A DNA stretch of 64,000 nt, taken from assembly GCA_024686085.1 (NCBI GenBank), contig JAIBDT010000004.1, forward strand, positions 2,213 through 66,212, in the 5' to 3' direction. Positions 51,626 through 59,351 of this stretch are shown one piece after another. Made by a program: the position numbers and the translations under genes. The first letter of the stretch is position 1. Each line of letters starts with the position of its first letter. This DNA is from Loktanella sp. (GTDB lineage: Bacteria; Pseudomonadota; Alphaproteobacteria; Rhodobacterales; Rhodobacteraceae). The notes below the pieces were generated by a model. The model saw only the letters and a list, made by a program, of their open reading frames with translations, was not told where the DNA came from and searched no databases.

Positions 51626-53530
51626 ATGACTTATGCGACAATGGCCGATCGGAATGCGATCGAGGGTGAAATGGCGTGGGACGAGCGCGATTTACCGAAA
51701 ACAACTTATCAAATGTTGACCCAAACGGCGGGCAAATTTGGCGACCGCAAAGCCGTCAGCTATCAGTTGATGTCGGACCCGGATGCGAAATGTGAAACAC
51801 TGACGTGGAACGAGTTCCATGCAAAGTCGACACAAACGGCAAACTTGTTGCGTAGTCTTGGCGTTGGCGAAACCGATGTGGTTGCCTATCTGATGCCGAA
51901 CGCGACCGAGACCGTGCTGACCTATATGGGCGGGCAAGTCGCAGGGATTGTGAACCCGATCAATCCTTTGCTTGACGCCGAGCAAATTGCCGCAATCTTG
52001 CGTGAAACCAACGCCAAAGTTCTGGTGACGCTGCGTGCTTTCCCAAAGACCGATGTTGCCCAGAAGGCCGCAGAAGCGGTTGCCTTGGCGCCGAATGTGC
52101 AGACCGTGCTTGAGGTTGATTTGCTTCGTTACCTGACGGGTATCAAAAAGCTGATCGTTCCGCTGATCCGCCCGAAGAACCCCGTCAAACATAATGCAAA
52201 GGTGATGGATTTTAACGCTGAAATCAACAAACAGCCCACCACGCTGGCGTTTGCCGACAGCGACGGCGACCGCGTTGCCGCTTATTTCCACACGGGCGGC
52301 ACGACGGGTATGCCAAAGGTCGCGCAGCACCGTTATTCGGGCATTATTTACAATGCTTGGCTGGGTGCGCGTCTTCTGTTTACCGAAAAAGATGTGCAGA
52401 TGTGCCCACTGCCAATGTTCCATGTTTTCGCGGCGATCGTGTCGTTGGGTGCATCGCTGGGATCTGGTGCGCAGATCGTGTTCCCGACCCCGCAAGGGTA
52501 CCGCGGCGATGGTGTTTTCGACAATTTTTGGAAGCTGATCGAACGTCACAAAGCTACCTTCATGATCACGGTGCCGACGGCGATGTCTGCGTTGATGCAG
52601 CGCAAGGTTGATGCGGATATCTCGACGTTACGTTTGGCATTTTGTGGCTCTGCGCCGCTGCCGCTGGAGCTATATCGTCGCTTTGAAGAAGCCGCTGGGC
52701 TAACCATTTGCGAAGGCTACGGCTTGACCGAGGCGACGTGCCTTGTGTCTATCAACCCGCCTGACGGTGAAAAGCGCGTTGGATCAATCGGGATTCCGTT
52801 CCCTTATACAGGTGTGCGAATTGTGAATGTTGCAACCCAACTTGATTGCGGTACAGACGAGATTGGCGAGATTTGCGTCGCCAGCCCCGGTGTCTACGAC
52901 GGCAAGACCTATACCGAAGCGGCAAAGAACAAAGACCTGTTTTACCCTGGTGAGGATTCGCCGCTGGGTGATACGGTGCAATATCTGCGCACGGGTGATT
53001 TGGGTCGCGTTGATGCTGATGGCTATTTGTGGATCACGGGCCGCGCGAAGGACCTGATCATTCGGGGCGGTCACAATATTGACCCTGCCGAGATCGAAGA
53101 AGCGCTTGCGGGCCACGAAGCTGTCGCCTTTGCGGGTGCTATTGGTCAACCTGATGCTCACGCGGGCGAGGTGCCTTGCGCCTATGTCGAACTGGTTGAC
53201 GGCGCCACGATCACCGTTGATGAACTGATGTCCTTCGCGAAGGACAAAATTCACGAACGTGCCGCCCATCCCAAGCATCTGGAAATCATGGACGAGCTGC
53301 CGAAAACCGCAGTCGGCAAGATTTTCAAACCTGATCTGCGTAAGAGTGCGATTACCCGCATCTATAACGAGGTCTTGGCGAAAGCGGGTGTTGCGGCCGA
53401 GGTATCGCTGGTGTCCGAGGACAAAAAGCGTGGCTTGGTTGCGCATTTGGTCAAGACGGGCGACGTGGATGATGGGGCGGTTTCCAATGCTTTGGGTGCG
53501 TTTACGTCCCCATGGGATTGGGCTGAGTGA
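51626..53530 (+). CDS. acyl-CoA synthetase (AMP-binding)
   Basis: FHTGGTTGMPK, GYGLTE, RTGDLG, PKTAVGK. Confidence 0.93.
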   Translation: MTYATMADRNAIEGEMAWDERDLPKTTYQMLTQTAGKFGDRKAVSYQLMSDPDAKCETLTWNEFHAKSTQTANLLRSLGVGETDVVAYLMPNATETVLTYMGGQVAGIVNPINPLLDAEQIAAILRETNAKVLVTLRAFPKTDVAQKAAEAVALAPNVQTVLEVDLLRYLTGIKKLIVPLIRPKNPVKHNAKVMDFNAEINKQPTTLAFADSDGDRVAAYFHTGGTTGMPKVAQHRYSGIIYNAWLGARLLFTEKDVQMCPLPMFHVFAAIVSLGASLGSGAQIVFPTPQGYRGDGVFDNFWKLIERHKATFMITVPTAMSALMQRKVDADISTLRLAFCGSAPLPLELYRRFEEAAGLTICEGYGLTEATCLVSINPPDGEKRVGSIGIPFPYTGVRIVNVATQLDCGTDEIGEICVASPGVYDGKTYTEAAKNKDLFYPGEDSPLGDTVQYLRTGDLGRVDADGYLWITGRAKDLIIRGGHNIDPAEIEEALAGHEAVAFAGAIGQPDAHAGEVPCAYVELVDGATITVDELMSFAKDKIHERAAHPKHLEIMDELPKTAVGKIFKPDLRKSAITRIYNEVLAKAGVAAEVSLVSEDKKRGLVAHLVKTGDVDDGAVSNALGAFTSPWDWAE

Positions 53531-53572
53531 TGAGAATTGGGGTGGCTTCTGTCACCCCTTTTTGGTGAGGCG

Positions 53573-54214
53573 ATGGACCCCAAAGTTGCAGCCCTGCTCG
53601 CTAAACCTCATTGGCACAATGAACGCAAAATCTTGCGCGACGTTTTGTTGGGCTGTGGCTTGACTGAAACCGTCAAATGGGACGGGCTTTGCTATACTTA
53701 CAATGATGCAAATATTGTGATGTTCTACGGGCTGAAGGCCTATTGCGGCCTTAGCTTTTTCAAAGGCGCCTTGATGAACGACCCTGAGGGGCTGTTGTAT
53801 CAACGGTCTGCGCAAATGCAGGCCGCGCGGCTGTATCGCTTTACCAGTCTGGACGAAGTCACCGCCGCGACCGCCCAAGTTAAGGCGTTTGTGGCCGATG
53901 CAATCGCGATCGAATTGGCGGGTCTCAAGGTTGAGATGACTGCCAAGGATGATTTGGTTTATCCTCAAGAATTGATCGACCGCATGGACGCGAACGACGC
54001 GTTCGCCGCTGCATTCGAGGCGCTGACCCAAGGCCGCAAGCGCGGCTATGTGCTGCATATCGCAGCCGCCAAACAGCCTGCCACACGTTTTGCCCGTATC
54101 GATAAATACGTCGCGCGCATTTTTGACGGCAAGGGCTTGTATGATTGCGTTTGCGGCTTGTCGAAAAAGCCGCCGCGCTGTGACGGTTCGCACAAGAGGT
54201 TAGATCGCTCTTAG
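53573..54214 (+). CDS. DUF1801/YdeI-OmpD-associated protein with C-terminal CDGSH motif
   Basis: ETVKW, FFKGAL, FEALTQGRKRGY, ending CVCGLSKKPPRCDGSHK. Confidence 0.85.
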   Translation: MDPKVAALLAKPHWHNERKILRDVLLGCGLTETVKWDGLCYTYNDANIVMFYGLKAYCGLSFFKGALMNDPEGLLYQRSAQMQAARLYRFTSLDEVTAATAQVKAFVADAIAIELAGLKVEMTAKDDLVYPQELIDRMDANDAFAAAFEALTQGRKRGYVLHIAAAKQPATRFARIDKYVARIFDGKGLYDCVCGLSKKPPRCDGSHKRLDRS

Positions 54215-54388
54215 TTTGGCTTTCGTGGCACACTATAAAAAATGCCCGCTGCTGCTAAGTTGATACACGATATACGGCATTGGCGCGTTGGTGGTGTCCA
54301 TGGTCAAGCGGCCAGCCACCACTGAGGTGGTCCGGCAAATTCGGACAGCGTGCTAAGATATATTCAACCCGAACGAATGAATACGAGA

Positions 54389-54682
54389 ATGACAAAACGA
54401 CGGAACTTTTCAGACCAGTTTAAGGCTGCTGTGGCGCTTGAGGCGCTGCGCGGTGACAAGACGGTTCAGGAGATTGCAGCCAAGCGCCAGCTCCACCCAA
54501 CGCAGGTGAGCACATGGAAACGTCAGGCTATCGAAGGCATGGCAGGCGGTTTCTCTGACAAGGTTAAAAAGGCTGAGAATAAGTACGGCGAGATCAAAGA
54601 GTTGCACGCCAAGATTGGTCAGCTGGCGGTGGAGAATGGTACGGGGGCTGACGCGGCCCCACTGGGGCCACGGTCCCCCTAG
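54389..54682 (+). pseudogene. IS3 OrfA (HTH), C-terminus disrupted by a hairpin insertion
   Basis: MTKRRNFSDQFKAAVAL...HPTQVSTWK...ELHAKIGQL then an aberrant tail. Confidence 0.85.
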
Positions 54683-54684
54683 CC
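54638..54684. repeat. 47-bp hairpin insertion 1 in the IS (GGCCCC-ACT-GGGGCC core)
   Basis: GGTACGGGGGCTGACGCGGCCCCACTGGGGCCACGGTCCCCCTAGCC at the orfA/orfB junction. Confidence 0.75.
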
Positions 54685-54734
54685 TTGTCACAAGGGCTAA
54701 AGCGGTGAGTCCATCAAAACGCCGCGAGATGATC

Positions 54735-54773
54735 TGTCACCTGGCAGTCGATCCTTCGGGATCGATGAGAGGG
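54735..54773 (+). mobile_element. 39-bp miniature hairpin element, copy A (in frame)
   Basis: TGTCACCTGGCAG-TCGATCC TTCG GGATCGA-TGAGAGGG between EMI and RKDN. Confidence 0.8.
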
Positions 54774-55043
54774 CGCAAAGATAATATAAAACTGAGCCTG
54801 ACGCGCCAGTGTAAGCTGCTCAAGATCAGCCGTTCGTCGATCTATTACACACCAGTTGGGGTGAATGCTGAGACACTTGCGCTGATGCATGAGATTGATC
54901 GGGTGTTCACCAAATACCCGTTCTTCGGAAGCCGCCAGATCGCTGCTTACCTTCCTCAGTCGGGCTTCTCATCGGGGCGGCATCGTGTTCGACGCCTGAT
55001 GAACCTTATGGGGTTGCAGGTCATCTACAAGGGGCCGAACACC

Positions 55044-55084
55044 CGCTGACCGGCAATGGTTTGCAAGTAAACCATGAGAGAGGG
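55044..55084 (+). mobile_element. 41-bp miniature hairpin element, copy B (stop plus frameshift)
   Basis: CGCTGACCGGCAA-TGGTTTGC AA GTAAACCA-TGAGAGAGGG between PNT and KKHP. Confidence 0.8.
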
Positions 55085-55114
55085 GGCAAGAAGCACCCAC
55101 AGCACCGCATTTAT

Positions 55115-55156
55115 CGCTCGCCATTGTGCTTTAACCAATGGCGCACAAAAGCTCGC
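55115..55156. repeat. 42-bp hairpin insertion 4 in the IS (in frame)
   Basis: CGCCATTG-9nt-CAATGGCG; adds RSPLCFNQWRTKAR between RIY and LLRK. Confidence 0.7.
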
Positions 55157-55483
55157 CTGCTGAGGAAGCTCGCAATCACGCGGCCCAATCGGGTTTGGTG
55201 CCGCGACATCACCTACATCCCCGTTAAAAGTGGCTTTCTGTATCTGGTCGCAATCATGGATTGGGCGACCCGCAGGGTGCTGTCCTGGCGGCTTTCCAAT
55301 ACGCTTGATGCCAGCTTCTGTGTGGAGGCTTTGGAGGAGGCAATCGCCCGATATGTCAAGCCAGAGATAATGAATGCGGACCAAGGCAGCCAATATACAG
55401 GCGCTGGCTGGATCACGACTTTGACCAACGCTGACATCAAAATCTCAATGGACGGGCGGGGCCGCTATTTGGACAATATCTTC

Positions 55484-55522
55484 CCCTCTCATCGTTTGCA
55501 GGCAAACGACTGCCGGGCAGTG
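55484..55522 (-). mobile_element. 39-bp miniature hairpin element, copy C (reverse orientation, in frame)
   Basis: Reverse complement CACTGCCCGGCAG-TCGTTTGC CT GCAAACGA-TGAGAGGG between DNIF and IERLW. Confidence 0.85.
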
Positions 55523-55953
55523 ATCGAACGGTTGTGGCGGTCGCTGAAGCAAGAGGCCGTTTACCTGCATAAAATCACCGACGGCTTCCAAGCGGAACGG
55601 ATTATCAATAACTGGATTGGGTTCTATAACGCGGAGCGCCCTCACACGGCCCTTGATAAGCGCACTCCGGACATCGCGTACTTCGGCCAAGCGGAGACAC
55701 GAAAAGCGGCATGAACACACACCAGATGCAACTTAGCCAAGCCGCAAAACTGTCCTAAAAAGCAGGAACACTTCACTTGACCAACTTCTCCCAATGTTGG
55801 GGTGCGGCTATTCGTGCGGTGCGCCGCATTTTGTCGGCAAAAACATCGCTATGCGAGACCAAGCAGCCGTCTGCCGCAGCGTAGAATTTCCGCAAAATCC
55901 AAGACTACTCGACATTCGATAGTCTTTGTAAGAGAGGCCCAGCCAGAAAGGGT

Positions 55954-57090
55954 CTATCCGGCATAAATACGGTGGTTTCTGAGGCCCCAGTCAGCAAAAA
56001 CATCCGCCATGATCGTATTAGCCTGATGTTCCATTGACGTGTTATCAATGCGCGCAGTGCCTTGCTGGCCAAACACAACGACCTCGTCCCCGATACTGAT
56101 TTCGGGCACATCAGTGACGTCGGCGGTTATGGTGTTCATAGATATTTTGCCCAGAACAGGCACCCTTTGTCCCCGGATCAACACAGCGCTTTGATCGAAA
56201 AAGTCACGCCTGATCCCGTTTGCGTATCCAATCGAAATATTGGCGATACGCCTGTCGTCTTGCAGAATAGTTGCGCGATCATAGCCAATGGTGCTGTCTT
56301 TGGGGTAAGTTGCCAGATTGGTTACCCGCGACTTCAATTCCATTGTTGGCTGGAAGCCGAGGTCTTGACTTACAATTCCATACAGAATTGCGCCGCAGCG
56401 AAATAACTCTGTTGTCACCTCTTGTTCGGACACGAGACTAAGCGAGCTTCCCGCATGCACCTTCACATCTGCGCGGCGCAATGCGCTGTGGGCAAAAATC
56501 CAATCCACATCTTTTTGAAATTGTGCGTTACTTGCGGCGAGGTCGTGCGGGGTATTCGACGGAAAATGGCTGCAAATCCCCACGATTTGCGGGCCGATAA
56601 GGTCAAGGATTTCAAGACAAGCTTTCTGTCCTTCCTTTGTTGACAGCTCAAGCCCGTCGCGCGACATGCCGCCCGCATTGATCGTGAGATGGACACCCTC
56701 AATTTGGGTGCCTTTGCGCGTCAACTCTTTTACTGTTCGCGCCGTATAGAGCGAGCCTACCTGCTCTTGGATCTGATCGGGCAATGCACCTACGATTTCG
56801 CGGCTCGTGGCTGTCCGTATCCGCATTATCGTCCCTGCAAAACCAGCATTGCGGACGGCCCTTGCTTCTGAGTTGGAGGTAACGCCCACATACTGAACGC
56901 CCAAATCGCGGATGATCGGCACGACCCTGTCAATCCCATGCCCGTAGGCATCGGCTTTTAATACGGCCAGTAGTTGGGCCCCTTCTGGTAGAAGACCCTG
57001 TGCAAGTTTGAGGTTGTCTGCGATCCGCGCGGGAAAAACCTCGCACCAAGAGGCGTGCTCAATATCGGTGGAGATTTGGTTATCCCGCAT
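55954..57090 (-). CDS. alanine racemase-fold PLP enzyme, broad-spectrum racemase-like
   Basis: VLKADAYGHG, RCGAILYG, GYDR, SIGYANG, GKISMN. Confidence 0.88.
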   Translation of the reverse strand: MRDNQISTDIEHASWCEVFPARIADNLKLAQGLLPEGAQLLAVLKADAYGHGIDRVVPIIRDLGVQYVGVTSNSEARAVRNAGFAGTIMRIRTATSREIVGALPDQIQEQVGSLYTARTVKELTRKGTQIEGVHLTINAGGMSRDGLELSTKEGQKACLEILDLIGPQIVGICSHFPSNTPHDLAASNAQFQKDVDWIFAHSALRRADVKVHAGSSLSLVSEQEVTTELFRCGAILYGIVSQDLGFQPTMELKSRVTNLATYPKDSTIGYDRATILQDDRRIANISIGYANGIRRDFFDQSAVLIRGQRVPVLGKISMNTITADVTDVPEISIGDEVVVFGQQGTARIDNTSMEHQANTIMADVFADWGLRNHRIYAG

Positions 57091-58231
57091 GCGCTGACAG
57101 AATGTGTGCGATGACGGTTAAGAAAAGATCTGCGCCGAGCGGCAACAGTGCATCGGGGAAATCGTAGTCAGGATTATGCAACTGTGGCTGGGATTCACCC
57201 GCACCCAGAAACATCATCGTCGCACGAGCCCCATCCAGACCGAAACGCCCGAAGTCTTCGGACCACCGCATCGGATGATCCATTTCGTGAATGCTGAGCC
57301 CTTGTGCATGGGCGGCTTGGCGCGCGATGTCAGTAGCCCCGATATCATTGACGACCGTCGAGAATACGTCATGCCAGTTCACGGCGACCTCAAGCCGCTC
57401 ATCAATTTGCCCGACAATGGCCTGCGTTTCATGGATTAAGCTTTCCATACGCGTATCGGTCATACAGCGCAAAGTAACGCGCAGCTCACCTTCGCCCGGC
57501 GCAATGCCAAACGTCGGCGCACCGAGCCGCACGTGCGTCAAGGTGCTGAGGCCAAAATCGGCATCCCGAATGGTGCCTGCACTCAGCGCTGGTAGATGTT
57601 GCATCAAATGAGCCATTGCAGCACCGGGTGAAACGCCATCTTCGGGTGCGGCGGCATGGGAGCTTTTTCCGTGCAACAGGATTTGCATCCCCCGAGACGC
57701 GCAATTGGCAGGTCCTGCCCGCAATCCGACTTCACCCAGAGGGCGACCGGGCACGTTATGGTAGGCGAATGCATAATCTGGGCGGATCTCGGGCCATCTG
57801 GGATCATCAATCACTGCCTGCGCCCCAAATCCCGTCTCTTCAGCCGGCTGAAACAGCAAGATGACCCGCCCGCGCGCAGGCCGCTTTGCCAATCCCAGTG
57901 CAACCCCCATCACCATGCACATATGTCCGTCATGACCACAAAGATGGCCTTTGCCTTCGACCTCAGAGCGATAGGGGAGGGTGGATTCTTCCTTGATTGG
58001 CAATCCGTCGAGTTCGCAGCGGATCAGCACGGTCGGCCCCGGCTTTGTGCCGCGAAACTCGGCTGCGACACCGTAACCGCCTAGGTTTTGCCAAATCTGG
58101 TCAGCGCCCGCGCGTGTCAGTTCTTGGACAATTCGGGCGGCTGTCTGCGCTTCTTCACCCGAGATTTCCGGCTGGCGGTGCAAATCGTGCCGTAGCTGCG
58201 TCAGATAGGTCGTTTGTTCACTGGATATCAT
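57080..58231 (-). CDS. M20D family amidohydrolase
   Basis: LHRQPEISG, RCELDGLP, HLCGHDGH, FQPAEETG, SEDFG, QLHNPDY. Confidence 0.92.
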   Translation of the reverse strand: MISSEQTTYLTQLRHDLHRQPEISGEEAQTAARIVQELTRAGADQIWQNLGGYGVAAEFRGTKPGPTVLIRCELDGLPIKEESTLPYRSEVEGKGHLCGHDGHMCMVMGVALGLAKRPARGRVILLFQPAEETGFGAQAVIDDPRWPEIRPDYAFAYHNVPGRPLGEVGLRAGPANCASRGMQILLHGKSSHAAAPEDGVSPGAAMAHLMQHLPALSAGTIRDADFGLSTLTHVRLGAPTFGIAPGEGELRVTLRCMTDTRMESLIHETQAIVGQIDERLEVAVNWHDVFSTVVNDIGATDIARQAAHAQGLSIHEMDHPMRWSEDFGRFGLDGARATMMFLGAGESQPQLHNPDYDFPDALLPLGADLFLTVIAHILSAHAG

Positions 58232-58235
58232 GTGT

Positions 58236-59267
58236 TCACAAAGCCTCCTGATATCCTGCAAGAACGCGGGTCAGGTTGATTCCAAGCGTGTCGGAGAGGT
58301 ATCCGCCTTCTTGCACAAAAAGCACGGGGATCTTCAGCCCCGTCATGGCAGCGCCAATAGCGGCAAACCCGTCCTGCGTGACGGCAAATCCTTGGAACGG
58401 ATCATCAATGGAGGCATCCAACCCAAGTGCCACGACCAGCACATCTGCGCCAAAATTTGAAACCTGTGCCAGCGCTGTATCAAGTGTTTTCAAAAACACC
58501 TCATCGCCTGTGCCACGCGGCAGTGGCAGATTGAGATTATAGCCCAGACCGCGCCCTTCGCCGTGTTCTTGGCCATACCCCCAAAAGAACGGATAGAACC
58601 GTTCTGGGTCCGCATGAATGGAAACCGTGAGCACGTCGTCACGGTCATAAAAGATGCCTTGTGTCCCGTTGCCGTGATGCACATCCACGTCCAGAATCGC
58701 AGGGCGCAATCCGCTGCTGCGCAACCGCTCTGCCGCGATGGCCGCGTTGTTCAGGAAGCAAAACCCACCCGCCAAATCACCAAACGCATGATGTCCTGGC
58801 GGGCGCGAAAGCACATAAGCGCCTTGTTCGCCGCCGGCTATCAAATCCGCGCCAGTAATGGCCGATTGCGCGGACCAATAGGCCGCCTCCCATGTGCCTT
58901 TGGCGATTGGACAGGCGGTATCGGCCTGATGAAAGCCCGATTGGCCAGTTGCGGATTTCGGATATCCGTCGGTGCGGCGCGCCGGATGAATGTTGGGGAT
59001 CACCTCGTCGCCCGCGCCGTCGATCCACTGCCACCTCTTATAGATGTTTTTCAAAAACGTCAGATATTGAGGGGAATGGAGCGCCGCGATCGGGCCGAGC
59101 CCTGCATCAAGAGGGGCCTGAAACTTGCAGCCCGCAGCTTGCGCGCCCCCGCGCAGGACTTCGATACGGCGCGGTTGCTCTGGATTGGGCAGGATATTTC
59201 CGTTCGCCATGAAGTGTTTGGGATCATGCGCCCATTGTCGGTCGTCAAATACGGCTTTCATCGTCAT
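58236..59267 (-). CDS. HDAC-family / acetylpolyamine amidohydrolase-like deacetylase
   Basis: RPPGHHA, GFCFLNN, DVDVHHGNG, QEGGY. Confidence 0.93.
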   Translation of the reverse strand: MTMKAVFDDRQWAHDPKHFMANGNILPNPEQPRRIEVLRGGAQAAGCKFQAPLDAGLGPIAALHSPQYLTFLKNIYKRWQWIDGAGDEVIPNIHPARRTDGYPKSATGQSGFHQADTACPIAKGTWEAAYWSAQSAITGADLIAGGEQGAYVLSRPPGHHAFGDLAGGFCFLNNAAIAAERLRSSGLRPAILDVDVHHGNGTQGIFYDRDDVLTVSIHADPERFYPFFWGYGQEHGEGRGLGYNLNLPLPRGTGDEVFLKTLDTALAQVSNFGADVLVVALGLDASIDDPFQGFAVTQDGFAAIGAAMTGLKIPVLFVQEGGYLSDTLGINLTRVLAGYQEAL

Positions 59268-59295
59268 CCCTTACGTGTGGTGCTAAGCTTGAATC

Positions 59296-59351
59296 GTGGC
59301 GCGGTCCGCGCCCTTGCTAAATTGTGGCGCGGTCCGCGCCCTTGCTAAATT
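59296..59351. repeat. exact 28-bp tandem duplication containing a GC hairpin
   Basis: GTGGCGCGGTCCGCGCCCTTGCTAAATT x2. Confidence 0.95.

Larger units (their letters stand above)
54700..55714 (+). pseudogene. IS3 OrfB DDE transposase, split by a stop and frameshift near 55047-55085
   Basis: HTH_21 YPFFGSRQI; rve core WCRDITY, NADQGSQY, WRSLKQE, YNAERPH spread over two frames. Confidence 0.9.
54323..55775 (+). mobile_element. IS3-family insertion sequence, degenerate
   Basis: TG...CA ends; 26-bp imperfect IRs (19/26) TGAGGTGGTCCGGCAAATTCGGACAG and CTGTCCTAAAAAGCAGGAACACTTCA; orfA/orfB layout. Confidence 0.92.

Noticed and set aside
15990-52549. Long antisense or alternate-frame ORFs (e.g. 15990-16949 +, 32368-33114 +, 45941-46828 -, 51692-52549 -)
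   Set aside because: They are shadows of GC-rich coding genes on the opposite strand, with no recognisable motifs or RBS.
49576-55775. tRNA-Gly as attB of an island ending near the IS
   Set aside because: No duplicate of the tRNA 3' end and no integrase in the window; the downstream genes look like core genes.
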